In this document: piece after piece, positions 46,514 through 56,461 of the stretch
How positions within the stretch are numbered: the stretch's first letter is position 1
Layout of the letters: each line of letters begins with the position of its first letter
From: Sedimentisphaerales bacterium
GTDB lineage: Bacteria; Planctomycetota; Phycisphaerae; Sedimentisphaerales; SM23-30
Assembly: GCA_016928435.1 (NCBI GenBank)
Contig: JAFGKT010000075.1
Span: forward strand, 3,358-67,357
Direction of reading: 5' to 3'
DNA: 64,000 nucleotides
Position numbers and translations under genes: made by a program
The notes under the pieces: generated by a model
The model's input: only the letters and a program-made list of their open reading frames with translations
What the model was told of the DNA's origin: nothing
Database searches by the model: none

Positions 46514-47364
46514 TACACCGTTGATTCCGTAGCGGAAGGTTCGCTGACCGGACTATAAAAACGCAAAGGTCGGCACTTATCGATCAAACCATACTGCTGA
46601 GCCAATTCATAAAACCGACAAAGCCCCCGTTGTTGGCGTTTCCCGAAGTCAAAGCAAATATTTTCCGCGAAATACCGCTGCGCCACTTCGTTAGAAAAAC
46701 CATGCCGCCCGGCATAAGCCGCAATCACAGCGTCAATATTCTTGCGCCCTTCAGTGGCCGCGTTCTGCAGCAACTCACATAAATGCCCATCAACCGTCTC
46801 ACTCGGACACGCCCAAAACGCGTAAACAAAAGGCAACGACGTCAGCTCAAACCAAGCCTGCCCCAAATCCAACTGGTAAGGCCAATTCGGCAACTGACCC
46901 AAAACCTTATCACCAATCAACAACACCGCTTGCTCCGCTTCAATCGGTCCCGCCAAAGGCTTCATCGGCAACTCGCGTCCAAACCGCAACTGCCAAACCA
47001 CCCCCGCCAACACTATCGAAGTGTGTGAATCCCCATCACATGCCAAGCATTCAATCTCATCCAAAGGCCGTCTAGACATTATCCGCACTGTAAGCACCTC
47101 GCCCTGCGAAGCAATCGCCGCAATAGGCAAAATAAACCAGTCTTGGCTCGTCCGCTGATAGTCAATACTAGGCACTAAAGCGCAATCGACACTGCCGGCT
47201 TCCATCAACCCCGCCAGACGCGAAGGAACATCAAAACTAACATCCACCCGATCGTTATCTGCCAGGGTATATGTCAAAGGCCGGGTATTGAAAAAGCTCA
47301 CCGCCCCCACCCGGTACCTATCACGCCCAACCAGTCTCTCTGTTGCATCGTTGTTTTCTGTCAT
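46513..47364 (-). CDS. mqnA: Chorismate dehydratase (futalosine pathway)
   Basis: GAVSFFNTRPL, SHTS, LLIGD, DLGQAWFELTSLPFVYAFW. Confidence 0.9.
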   Translation of the reverse strand: MTENNDATERLVGRDRYRVGAVSFFNTRPLTYTLADNDRVDVSFDVPSRLAGLMEAGSVDCALVPSIDYQRTSQDWFILPIAAIASQGEVLTVRIMSRRPLDEIECLACDGDSHTSIVLAGVVWQLRFGRELPMKPLAGPIEAEQAVLLIGDKVLGQLPNWPYQLDLGQAWFELTSLPFVYAFWACPSETVDGHLCELLQNAATEGRKNIDAVIAAYAGRHGFSNEVAQRYFAENICFDFGKRQQRGLCRFYELAQQYGLIDKCRPLRFYSPVSEPSATESTV

Positions 47365-47372
47365 AGTTGCTT

Positions 47373-47456
47373 ATTATACCTCGATTAATGCCGCTGACAA
47401 GGGCATGAACCCCTAAGGAAAAATTCCTTGGCCCCACGCCGCCCTTGCCCTATAAT
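47373..47456. promoter_or_regulatory. Back-to-back sigma70 promoters for mqnA and yggS
   Basis: Minus: TTGTCA-16-TATAAT-8-ATG. Plus: TTGGCC-17-TATAAT-8-ATG. Confidence 0.55.
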
Positions 47457-47464
47457 CAGCCATC

Positions 47465-48208
47465 ATGAAAAAAAGGATCGCTGACAATCTGCAACGGATT
47501 CGTGACAATGTAGCCGAAGCCTGCCTCCGCAAAAATCGCGATCCCAACGAAGTCAGAATCGTCGCGGTAAGCAAAACCGTCGATGTAGATGCCATTCTTT
47601 CCCTTTTGGAACTGGGACATTTGGAACTGGGTGAATCACAAGTTCAGCAGCTAATCCAACGCGACGCCCGAATCCGCGAAACCCTGGCCCGACAGCGCGA
47701 ACTGCACAGCACCCCTGAAAGCCAAGCCCTGCCGAGGCCTCATTGGCACATGATCGGCCATCTTCAGCGCAATAAAGTCAAACAAGTACTTCCCCTGGTG
47801 GACATGATCCACTCGGTCGATTCCCTGCGTTTGGCTGAAGAAATCAACACCGGCGTCGCCAAGTCCGGCCTAGCCCACAAAGCCAAAATCCTCCTGCAAG
47901 TCAACACCAGCCAAGAAAAGCAAAAGTTCGGCCTGGCTGTCGGTGCCGTCTCAGCTCTGGCTGAACAAATAAAAACCTTGCCCAATCTCGAAATCGCCGG
48001 CCTAATGACCATGGCGCCGCTCACCGACGACGCGGAAATCTCCCGGTTTTGCTTCGGCCGACTGCGCGAAATCTTCGAGGAAATGCGCGGCGAACGAATC
48101 GTCGGCCCTGAATGCACACACCTTTCAATGGGAATGAGCCAGGACTACATCGCAGCCGTCGAAGAAGGCGCTACTATCCTGCGTATCGGCTCCGCTCTCT
48201 TTTCTTAG
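47465..48208 (+). CDS. yggS: PLP homeostasis protein (YggS/PLPBP)
   Basis: VAVSKT, WHMIGHLQRNK, GLMTM, LSMGMSQDY..AVEEGAT.LRIG. Confidence 0.95.
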   Translation: MKKRIADNLQRIRDNVAEACLRKNRDPNEVRIVAVSKTVDVDAILSLLELGHLELGESQVQQLIQRDARIRETLARQRELHSTPESQALPRPHWHMIGHLQRNKVKQVLPLVDMIHSVDSLRLAEEINTGVAKSGLAHKAKILLQVNTSQEKQKFGLAVGAVSALAEQIKTLPNLEIAGLMTMAPLTDDAEISRFCFGRLREIFEEMRGERIVGPECTHLSMGMSQDYIAAVEEGATILRIGSALFS

Positions 48209-48321
48209 ATCCGAGAAATAACTACGTTGCCAAAGCATTAGGCTGTAACAAGCTATTGTCTTTCGCTGACACTAATTGTCCTTTGAGCTACTCGGTACTC
48301 TAACAGAAAAAGTGTGCCCTC

Positions 48322-48951
48322 ATGAGGGAACCTATTCGCAGCTATCTTTATAGTCTGTATATTTCTTGGCGTACGGGCAATATGGATGGATTCCGCCCCA
48401 AAATATTGGCATACCATCGTAACGTCATAAGGATTGGCAAAGGTGCCCGTTTGATTGTGGGCAAACGTCTGCATCTGTCAACCAGGCCCACAGCATGGCC
48501 CGGCGGGTGCTTCATAGAACTGGGAGCCAACAGCACAATCCATTTCACCGGCTACGCCAGTATCCGCGCCGAAGTCCGAATCGAAACCACCGAGAATGCT
48601 AAAATAACCATTGGTGATCGTTGTATTGTGAGGGAACGCGCACGCATCAATGCCAACCAGGAAATCACCCTTGGCGACCGCACAGGTATCGGAAATAGTA
48701 CCATGATCTCCGACGGCGATTTTCATCCCATAATCGAAAATGGCAAAGTGCAGCAAATGACCGCGCCCGTTCATATAGGCGACCACATATGGGTCGGCGC
48801 TCACTGTATTATCCTAAAGGGAGTTACCATCGGCAACGACACCATGATCGGAGCCGGTTCGCTGGTCACCAAAGACATTCCCGATCATGTTGTCGCATTC
48901 GGCCGACCTGCCAAACCCCATCATAGTATCGACAGTTGTTTTCGCAACTAA
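48322..48951 (+). CDS. Hexapeptide-repeat (LbH) acyltransferase
   Basis: DGDFH, PVHIGDHIWVGAHCIILKGVTIG..IGAGSLVTKDIP. Confidence 0.88.
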   Translation: MREPIRSYLYSLYISWRTGNMDGFRPKILAYHRNVIRIGKGARLIVGKRLHLSTRPTAWPGGCFIELGANSTIHFTGYASIRAEVRIETTENAKITIGDRCIVRERARINANQEITLGDRTGIGNSTMISDGDFHPIIENGKVQQMTAPVHIGDHIWVGAHCIILKGVTIGNDTMIGAGSLVTKDIPDHVVAFGRPAKPHHSIDSCFRN

Positions 48952-48956
48952 CCCGC

Positions 48957-50027
48957 TTACCGCCCCGGCGATGCTATCCAACCGCCCCCCAATACAAATC
49001 CATCCTTATCGTAAAACACCGCCGCCTGACCAGGCGTAACCGCGCTAACCGGCTCAGCAAAATCCACTCTCACCCTACCGTCGTCTAACGGCGTAATCTT
49101 CGCCGGCGCCCCACGATGGTTGTAACGTATCTGGGCCGAAACCTCCAACGAACCCACCGGCCGATCGACCAACCAAATCATATTCTCAGTCACAAACGTA
49201 CCACTAAGCAATTCCTCCCGGCTGCCCAGCACCACCGTATTAGTCTCAGCATCCAATCGAATCACATACGCCGGGTCACCCAACGCGATCCCCAACCCCC
49301 GCCGCTGACCTATCGTATAACGAAAAATCCCATTATGTTCGCCCAACACCTCCCCAGCGGAATTGATAACCACGCCCGGCTTAACCAATTCCGGCGCGTG
49401 TTCCGCCACCACCCGAGCATAATCATCATCCGGAATAAAACAAATTTCCTGCGATTCGGATTTGTCGTGTATCGGCAACTTCAATTCTTGAGCGAAACTG
49501 CGTACCTGCACCTTGTGATAATCACCCAAAGGCAGCAACACACGCCCTTGGTTTTCTCGCCCCATACCGAACAGCACGTACGATTGATCTTTCTTATAAT
49601 CCCACGCCCGGCACAAACGCGCCCCCTGCTCCGTCTGCGCCATTCGAGCATAGTGCCCCGTCGCGAAAAATTTCGCCCCCACCTCATCCGCATGATCGAT
49701 CAGCGCGCCGAACTTCAAACGCCGATTACACAACACACAGGGATTAGGCGTACGGGCATGGCGATACTCATCCACAAAATAATCCACAATCCCCTTGAGC
49801 TGCTCGCGAAAATCCAGCACATCCAATTCAATGCCCAGCATATCCGCCACTAGCCGCGCATCGTCCGCCCCGTCGGTTGATGCGTCTCCGAAAGTATCCT
49901 CCCCCGCTACGCCCAATCGCATATACACCCCGCGCACTTCATACCCCGCCCGCTGCAGCAGCGCCGCCGTAACACTGCTGTCCACCCCCCCGCTCATCGC
50001 CACCAATACCGTATCCTTACGCGCCAT
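48957..50027 (-). CDS. mnmA: tRNA 2-thiouridylase
   Basis: AMSGGVDSS, TPNPCVLCN, ATGHY, KDQSY, SQEICF, TIGQRRGL, TPGQAAV. Confidence 0.97.
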   Translation of the reverse strand: MARKDTVLVAMSGGVDSSVTAALLQRAGYEVRGVYMRLGVAGEDTFGDASTDGADDARLVADMLGIELDVLDFREQLKGIVDYFVDEYRHARTPNPCVLCNRRLKFGALIDHADEVGAKFFATGHYARMAQTEQGARLCRAWDYKKDQSYVLFGMGRENQGRVLLPLGDYHKVQVRSFAQELKLPIHDKSESQEICFIPDDDYARVVAEHAPELVKPGVVINSAGEVLGEHNGIFRYTIGQRRGLGIALGDPAYVIRLDAETNTVVLGSREELLSGTFVTENMIWLVDRPVGSLEVSAQIRYNHRGAPAKITPLDDGRVRVDFAEPVSAVTPGQAAVFYDKDGFVLGGGWIASPGR

Positions 50028-50135
50028 CAAAATCCTTATCATTCCCTCCGCAAACCAGTGGGGTGGGTAATTTTAACATCTTGTTCAATGTTACCCACGC
50101 GGTTCTCTGACCAATCGGTTGCGGTTTAACCACTC

Positions 50136-50720
50136 TTACGACTGCTTACTGTTATAAATCTCCCCACCCTCCTCAGCGTATAGCTGAAGCAACTCAACCG
50201 ACTTATCCCGCAGCACATCTTCAATCACTTTTATGCCCCGCCGCTCCAGCAGTGCCATCCAATAATTGGGTTTATCACCTTCATCAAAGCCTATCGCCCG
50301 AGCGTCATTGTCCCTCGCGCCGCAAACCAACCGAACAATGCCCGACCAAGCCAACGCCCCCAAACACATCGCGCAAGGCTCGGTAGAACTGACCAACTCA
50401 TAACCCCCTTCGCCCACCAAAGCAAGATCATAACTGCCCAACGACTGCTGCGCCAGCGAAAGCGCCATCATCTCCGCGTGGGTTATGGAACAATTGCTCG
50501 TTTGAACAATGTTGACTCCGACGGATATGAGCTTACCGGTATCTTGAGCAAACACCGCCGCGGCAAAAGGCCCCCCCGTCTTACGAGCGATATTCTCCTC
50601 TACCAAACTCAGCACAAACTCCATACGCCGCTCATCGTCGAGCAACGGTTTATTACACTTACGCGCAACAGGCCCAACCCAATCAGGCAGAGCAAGAGTA
50701 AGCTGGTACTTTTTCGCCAT
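50136..50720 (-). CDS. Zn-dependent nucleoside/guanine deaminase-like protein
   Basis: GGPFAA, HAE, EPCAMC, GFDEG. Confidence 0.88.
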   Translation of the reverse strand: MAKKYQLTLALPDWVGPVARKCNKPLLDDERRMEFVLSLVEENIARKTGGPFAAAVFAQDTGKLISVGVNIVQTSNCSITHAEMMALSLAQQSLGSYDLALVGEGGYELVSSTEPCAMCLGALAWSGIVRLVCGARDNDARAIGFDEGDKPNYWMALLERRGIKVIEDVLRDKSVELLQLYAEEGGEIYNSKQS

Positions 50721-50744
50721 AGATTACGCTCCGAACTCGGTCAG

Positions 50745-53519
50745 CTATTTGGCTTCTAAGGCCAACTTCAACACTTTTTCGACCCGTTTGACGAACTGAA
50801 ATTTAATGCCTTTTAGAACGTTCTTAGGCAAATCTTCCAGATTTTTGCGATTGCGCTCCGGAAGAATAACCGTCTTGATACCAGCCCGCTTGGCGGCGAT
50901 GACCTTTTCCTTCACCCCGCCGATCGGCAGCACCGAACCGGTAAGCGTAATCTCGCCGGTCATGGCGATATCATGTCGTACCGACCGACCAGACAACAAC
51001 GACGCCAACGAAGTAAACATCGCCAAGCCTGCCGACGGACCATCTTTCGGTATCGCCCCGGCGGGAACGTGAATGTGAATGTCACGCTTCTTCAACGCCT
51101 CTTCGTCAGCTATAGTTTCAAGCAAATCCTTGGGCAACTTCACCCGTCGCACGCTGCCGTCCGTCACCGCCAGGTTTTTCAGCACACTAAATGCCGCCTG
51201 GGCTGATTCCTTCATCACATCGCCTAATTGTCCGGTAAGCAGCAACTGACCGCTACCAGGCATAATCGTCGCTTCGATAAAGAGAATCTCACCACCCACC
51301 GGCGTATAAGCCAGGCCCGTCGCCACGCCCGGCACACTGCTGCGCATAGCTAATTCCGACTCGTACAGAATCGGACCAATCAACTTGCCCAACATTGTCG
51401 GGGTTACCGTAGCGCTTTTGCGTTTGCCCTCGGCGATATCCGCAGCTACCGCTCGGCATACCGAAGCGATTTTGCGCTCTAATTCACGAACCCCCGCTTC
51501 GCGCGTATATGACTCTATGAGAGCCAGCAACGTCTCATCGCCCAACTTGAGCTTCGACGCCGTCAGACCGTTCTCTTTAAGCTGGCGCGGCACCAAGTAA
51601 CGCTTGGCAATCGCCAACTTGTCGTCAGTCGTATAACCGGGTAGCTCCAAAACTTCCATACGGTCACGCAATGCCGGGGGAACCGGCCCCATGTAATTCG
51701 CCGTCGCGATAAAAATCGTCTTGGAAAGGTCAAACGGCTGATCGATATAATGATCCGTAAAGGTGTTGTTCTGTTCGGGATCGAGCACTTCCAGCAAAGC
51801 CGACGCCGGGTCGCCTCTAAAGTCCGCGCCGATTTTGTCCAACTCATCCAGCATGAATACCGGATTGTTCGTACCGCATTTGCGCAGTTCTTGGATAATA
51901 CGTCCGGGTATCGCGCCGATATACGTCCGGCGGTGGCCTCGAATCTCCGCTTCATCACGCATACCGCCCAAAGACACACGCACAAACTCCCGACCCATGG
52001 AAGCGGCTATGCTTCGGCCCAGCGAGGTCTTGCCTACCCCAGGCGGACCAACCAGACAAAGAATCGGACTGCGACCTTGCGGATTCAATTTACGCACCGC
52101 CAAGAACTCCAAAATCCGCTTCTTTACCTGAACCAAATCATAATGATCGCGATTGAGAATACGACGCGCTTTGACCAAATCGAGTTTGTCGCGACTGCTC
52201 TTGGACCAGGGCAGTTCGCAAAGCCATTCAATATAACTGCGAAGCACACTGAACTCCGGGCTGATCGAATGTATTCGCGACAAACGTTCCAGCTCCCGCA
52301 TGGCTTCATCTTCGACCTTTTCCGGCATTTGCGCATCAATAATATCTTGCTTGAGTTCCGCTATGTCCTGCGATTTCTGATCGGTTTGGCCCAGCTCGGT
52401 CTGAATCGCCTTTAGCTGCTCCTGCAAAAAGTACTCGCGCTGGGTTTTGTCGATTGATTGACTAACCTGCTGATGAATCTTATCCGAAAGCTCCAACAGC
52501 TCCAATTGACCCGCCAACGCGACCGATAGCTTTTGCAGGCGTTCTTCGACGTCGATGGTTTCCAGCAGTTCTTGCTTTTTGTCGATGGGAATATTGATAT
52601 TGGCTGCGAGAAAGTCCGCCAACGCGCCGGGGTCTTCGATGTTGCTCAACACAACATTCACTTCATCGGGGATGTTGGGGGCAAGTTGAATCATTTTTTC
52701 CGCGGTATGCCGAATGTTGGCTGCCAGAGCCTGCAGCGTTTTGCTCGGCTTGACTTCGGAAGTGATAACCTCGATCCGCGCCTGCATGAACGGTTCTATC
52801 GAAAGCCATTCCACCACCTTGAAGCGTACCAAGCCATGCACCACCAGGCTGTTTTGGCCGTCAGGCAATTTCAATGTTTTCAATACGGTAACCGCTGTGC
52901 CGGTCGGATACAGGTCGTCGGCGGTAGGGTTGTCAATACTGGGGTCTTTTTGGGTGATAACGCCGATAACGTTGTCGGGCTGATTGAGCGCTGCCTTGTC
53001 ATTTGCCGTGATCTCGTCAATTTCTTGATTGAGTTGGCCTTCAGCCAAGGCCGCCAAAAGCCGCCGACTGCGAGGCCGCCCCACCGCCAAAGGAATAACC
53101 GTTCCAGGAAACACAACCACATTGCGTAAAGGCAAAATCCCCAACTCAGTGGGAATCAGAAAATGATCGAAATCCGCTTCGGTCTTTGTTTTCATACCGA
53201 CGCGCCGCCGGGTCGAGCGCAATCTAGGCTGCTCTTTGCCGCGAGCGACCGACCTGGCTGTAGCCTTATCGCCGGCCTTAGACTGCACCGTAATCTGTCG
53301 CGTCGCGGGGGGCAGTTCTATCCCGGTGGAATTCACATCCACTTCATCCGGATCGATAGCGTCGGTGTCTAATTGACAGGTATCCCAGATAGAATCGCCG
53401 TTGGGCTCGGCCGGACTTTCAGACGGACCAATCTCAACCTCCGGTTCATCGCGGATCGGTTGTTCGTTGGGATCACTTTTCTTCTTACGGGTGGTTTTTT
53501 TGCGTTTTGTCTCGCTCAT
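50745..53519 (-). CDS. lon: ATP-dependent Lon protease with a long N-terminal extension
   Basis: LPLRNVVVFPG, GPPGVGKTS, PKDGPSAG, GGVKEK. Confidence 0.97.
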   Translation of the reverse strand: MSETKRKKTTRKKKSDPNEQPIRDEPEVEIGPSESPAEPNGDSIWDTCQLDTDAIDPDEVDVNSTGIELPPATRQITVQSKAGDKATARSVARGKEQPRLRSTRRRVGMKTKTEADFDHFLIPTELGILPLRNVVVFPGTVIPLAVGRPRSRRLLAALAEGQLNQEIDEITANDKAALNQPDNVIGVITQKDPSIDNPTADDLYPTGTAVTVLKTLKLPDGQNSLVVHGLVRFKVVEWLSIEPFMQARIEVITSEVKPSKTLQALAANIRHTAEKMIQLAPNIPDEVNVVLSNIEDPGALADFLAANINIPIDKKQELLETIDVEERLQKLSVALAGQLELLELSDKIHQQVSQSIDKTQREYFLQEQLKAIQTELGQTDQKSQDIAELKQDIIDAQMPEKVEDEAMRELERLSRIHSISPEFSVLRSYIEWLCELPWSKSSRDKLDLVKARRILNRDHYDLVQVKKRILEFLAVRKLNPQGRSPILCLVGPPGVGKTSLGRSIAASMGREFVRVSLGGMRDEAEIRGHRRTYIGAIPGRIIQELRKCGTNNPVFMLDELDKIGADFRGDPASALLEVLDPEQNNTFTDHYIDQPFDLSKTIFIATANYMGPVPPALRDRMEVLELPGYTTDDKLAIAKRYLVPRQLKENGLTASKLKLGDETLLALIESYTREAGVRELERKIASVCRAVAADIAEGKRKSATVTPTMLGKLIGPILYESELAMRSSVPGVATGLAYTPVGGEILFIEATIMPGSGQLLLTGQLGDVMKESAQAAFSVLKNLAVTDGSVRRVKLPKDLLETIADEEALKKRDIHIHVPAGAIPKDGPSAGLAMFTSLASLLSGRSVRHDIAMTGEITLTGSVLPIGGVKEKVIAAKRAGIKTVILPERNRKNLEDLPKNVLKGIKFQFVKRVEKVLKLALEAK

Positions 53520-53784
53520 GCAGCGTTAGTTTCCAATATAAGAATACAAATCGACTCCTAAGTACAGCTCCAGCCTCACGCCGCACTTAACAATGGTCTC
53601 AGCAGGAACACAGCGGAAGATTCACTGATAACATAATCTGCCCCCAGCTTCGGCATCGGCATAAGATCAGCCTTGCCCCAAGGGTATCGGTAAGCTTAGC
53701 GGCAAGATAGAGAATTGTCAAACACAGCCCGGCGTAAAGCCTGGCCCAATCACATACAAGAGGTTTTTACAGCGGTAATTACGA

Positions 53785-55305
53785 TTATCGCACCGACCCC
53801 TGGATCAGCACGGTACGCCGCCCTATCGGGCTGACCAAAGACAACTGCATTGCTCCAGTCTCAAAGTCTGTTTGACTGACAATGTCACGCAATTGATCCA
53901 CTGTCTGTATCGCTGCGCCATTCACATGGGTAATTACCTCACCGACACGCAAACCACAAAGTTGGGCCAACGACCCCTGGATCACTTCGACAATGATCAC
54001 CCCCCTGGTCTTTGAATCCAGTCCGTAAAAACGCGCAGCCTCCGAATCGAGCTGCCGCACCGAAACCCCCAACCGCGGCCCGTTTCCATGAGGCGATTGC
54101 GAACGACCAGGCCCATCAGAACGATTACGCGGGTCCGACTGCGCCAACCAATGATTTTGCTCCTCCATCGCCTTGGCGACATCGCGGTCACCCAAGACTA
54201 TATCAAAGTCTATCATCTCGCCGTCGCGCCAGACCGAAAAAGTCGCTTCCGTTCCCGGAGCCATCGTGGCAATAAGATTACGCAATTGGTTATCATCGAC
54301 AATTGGATTGCCGTCGATCGCTGTGATGATATCAAAACCTTCGAGCCCCGCTTCAGCAGCCGGAGTGTTCGGAACTACCAGGTGTATCAGCACGCCTTCG
54401 ACGTCCTCGGGAAGCTCAGCCAAAAACTCCGGAAGATCTCTGCTCAACTCCAAAATATACTCCTCAGGTAGATTACGCAGTTCCTCCAGAGTCCTATTCT
54501 GCATCGTCACTCCTAGATAACCGCGACGCACCTGTCCGTGAGCGATCAGTTCGCTCGTGACAAAACGCACCAAATCACTAGGCACAGCAAAACCATAGCC
54601 CGCTGACACACCCGTCGGACTGAGAATATTGGAATTGATGCCGATCACCTGGCCGTAGAGATTCACCAACGGACCACCGCTGTTACCCCGATTGATTACC
54701 GCGTCGGTCTGGATGAAATTTTCGTAAGCCCATGGGTTTACGTCACCACCCACGCCGCCTCGCAAAACCCCGGTTTGTCGGCCGAGAAAACTCACCACAC
54801 CCGTCGTAACCGTCTGCTGCAAACCGAAAGGAGAACCTATCGCGATGACAAAATCACCTACCTGCAACTCCGAAGAATCGCCCAATACCGCGTAAGGCAA
54901 TTCTTCATCGCCCGGGTCAATCTGCACCACCGCTAGATCGGTATCAGGATCGCACCTTACGTCTTGCGCCGAAAAACGACGCCCGTCCGGCAGAATAATA
55001 TCAACTTCACTGCCGTCAGCTACCACATGATTGTTCGTCACCACATAACCGGCTGGATCAATTATAAAACCCGAACCCAAACCCAAAGGCTGACCGTTAT
55101 TACCACGCACATCAATGAAAACCACCGCAGGCATTACCTGCTGGACAGCCCTACGGAAGGTGTTGTTAATCTGCGCTGCCAGATCGGTCTCGGCCGCAGT
55201 CAGAGGCTCAGGCGGCACCGCGAACGAAACCGCCGGCACTGTCAAAACCGCCAGCAAAAACCAAATTACCGCCACTTTCCGATTAAACCCAATAGCTCGT
55301 AACAT
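53785..55305 (-). CDS. htrA: HtrA/DegP-family serine protease with two PDZ domains
   Basis: Signal peptide, GSGFI, TNNHVV, QTDAVINRGNSGGPL. Confidence 0.93.
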   Translation of the reverse strand: MLRAIGFNRKVAVIWFLLAVLTVPAVSFAVPPEPLTAAETDLAAQINNTFRRAVQQVMPAVVFIDVRGNNGQPLGLGSGFIIDPAGYVVTNNHVVADGSEVDIILPDGRRFSAQDVRCDPDTDLAVVQIDPGDEELPYAVLGDSSELQVGDFVIAIGSPFGLQQTVTTGVVSFLGRQTGVLRGGVGGDVNPWAYENFIQTDAVINRGNSGGPLVNLYGQVIGINSNILSPTGVSAGYGFAVPSDLVRFVTSELIAHGQVRRGYLGVTMQNRTLEELRNLPEEYILELSRDLPEFLAELPEDVEGVLIHLVVPNTPAAEAGLEGFDIITAIDGNPIVDDNQLRNLIATMAPGTEATFSVWRDGEMIDFDIVLGDRDVAKAMEEQNHWLAQSDPRNRSDGPGRSQSPHGNGPRLGVSVRQLDSEAARFYGLDSKTRGVIIVEVIQGSLAQLCGLRVGEVITHVNGAAIQTVDQLRDIVSQTDFETGAMQLSLVSPIGRRTVLIQGSVR

Positions 55306-55519
55306 ATTATAAATCTCTCATTATCAAAGGCTTAAATGCCAATAGCTCTAGTTTTTCTTGCTCCAAGGCCCCCGCCGCAACTTCCTAGCTGTATTATAGT
55401 ACGCTCGCCGCGGGATATCCGTTCATGGCGTACGAATCGAGACTTTTCTGCCCTCAGCCCACTTTTGGCGAGATATACCTTAGATATTACCGGCACGATT
55501 ATGATACACGCTGGATTGA

Positions 55520-56368
55520 CTAAAGTGCCTTGATCGCCGCTCGAAAAGCGTCAATATTCTCGGCGTTCATGTGGTAACAGTGGTCGTTATCCGGGAATCG
55601 CCTTGCCGCTACGTCGGCGACATACTCTTGAGCCGCCTTCAACATCATAGGCGCTACTTGGCAATAAGTCTTGACAAAACGCGGAGCTGAACCACCGGGC
55701 AATCCCATAACATCATGTAAAACAATAACTTGCCCGTCACAGCCGGGACCGCTGCCGCAACTTATAACCGGCACCTCACAGCGTTTGCTGACCTCCGCAG
55801 CCACCTCCGCGGCCACACACTCCAACAACAACGCCACCGCCCCAGCCTGCTGCATCGCCAGGCAATCCTTAACCAAATCCACCGCCTGCTCAACCTGCCT
55901 GCCTTTGACAATAGTAGCGGTTTGATACGCCGATTGCGGACGATAACCCAAATGAGCGATCACCGGAATATTCGCCTTGGCTAAATCCGCCACCAAATCG
56001 ACATAACGATGATCAACTTCTACCTTGACCGCGTCGCAGCCGGCTTCGGTCAGGAACCGCCCGGCGTTACGTATCGCGTCGGCCTTGCTGGTCTGGTAGC
56101 TCAGAAAAGGCATATCACCGATCAAAAACACATTGGGCCCACCTCGACGAACCGCCGCTGTAATCGCGATCATCATATCCATAGTCGCCGGGAGAGTACT
56201 ATCATACCCCAATATCACCTGCGCCAGCGAATCGCCCACCAAAATGCTGTCGATCCCCGCTTGCTGCAATAATGCCGCGGTGTGGGCATCGTAGCAGGTC
56301 AATACGGTTATAGGACGCTGCTGTCTTTTAAACTCCAACAGTTGAGCTAGATTAACTCGCTGTGACAT
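55520..56368 (-). CDS. panB: 3-methyl-2-oxobutanoate hydroxymethyltransferase
   Basis: LTCYD, LVGDSL, DMPFLSY, DGQVIVLHD. Confidence 0.95.
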   Translation of the reverse strand: MSQRVNLAQLLEFKRQQRPITVLTCYDAHTAALLQQAGIDSILVGDSLAQVILGYDSTLPATMDMMIAITAAVRRGGPNVFLIGDMPFLSYQTSKADAIRNAGRFLTEAGCDAVKVEVDHRYVDLVADLAKANIPVIAHLGYRPQSAYQTATIVKGRQVEQAVDLVKDCLAMQQAGAVALLLECVAAEVAAEVSKRCEVPVISCGSGPGCDGQVIVLHDVMGLPGGSAPRFVKTYCQVAPMMLKAAQEYVADVAARRFPDNDHCYHMNAENIDAFRAAIKAL

Positions 56369-56461
56369 ATAGTTTTATTCTCCAACAATCCGCCGAGACA
56401 TCCATCGCGGGGCAATGTAACTAACACGCCGATCCTACACTAATGATAAGCGTTTCGGCGG

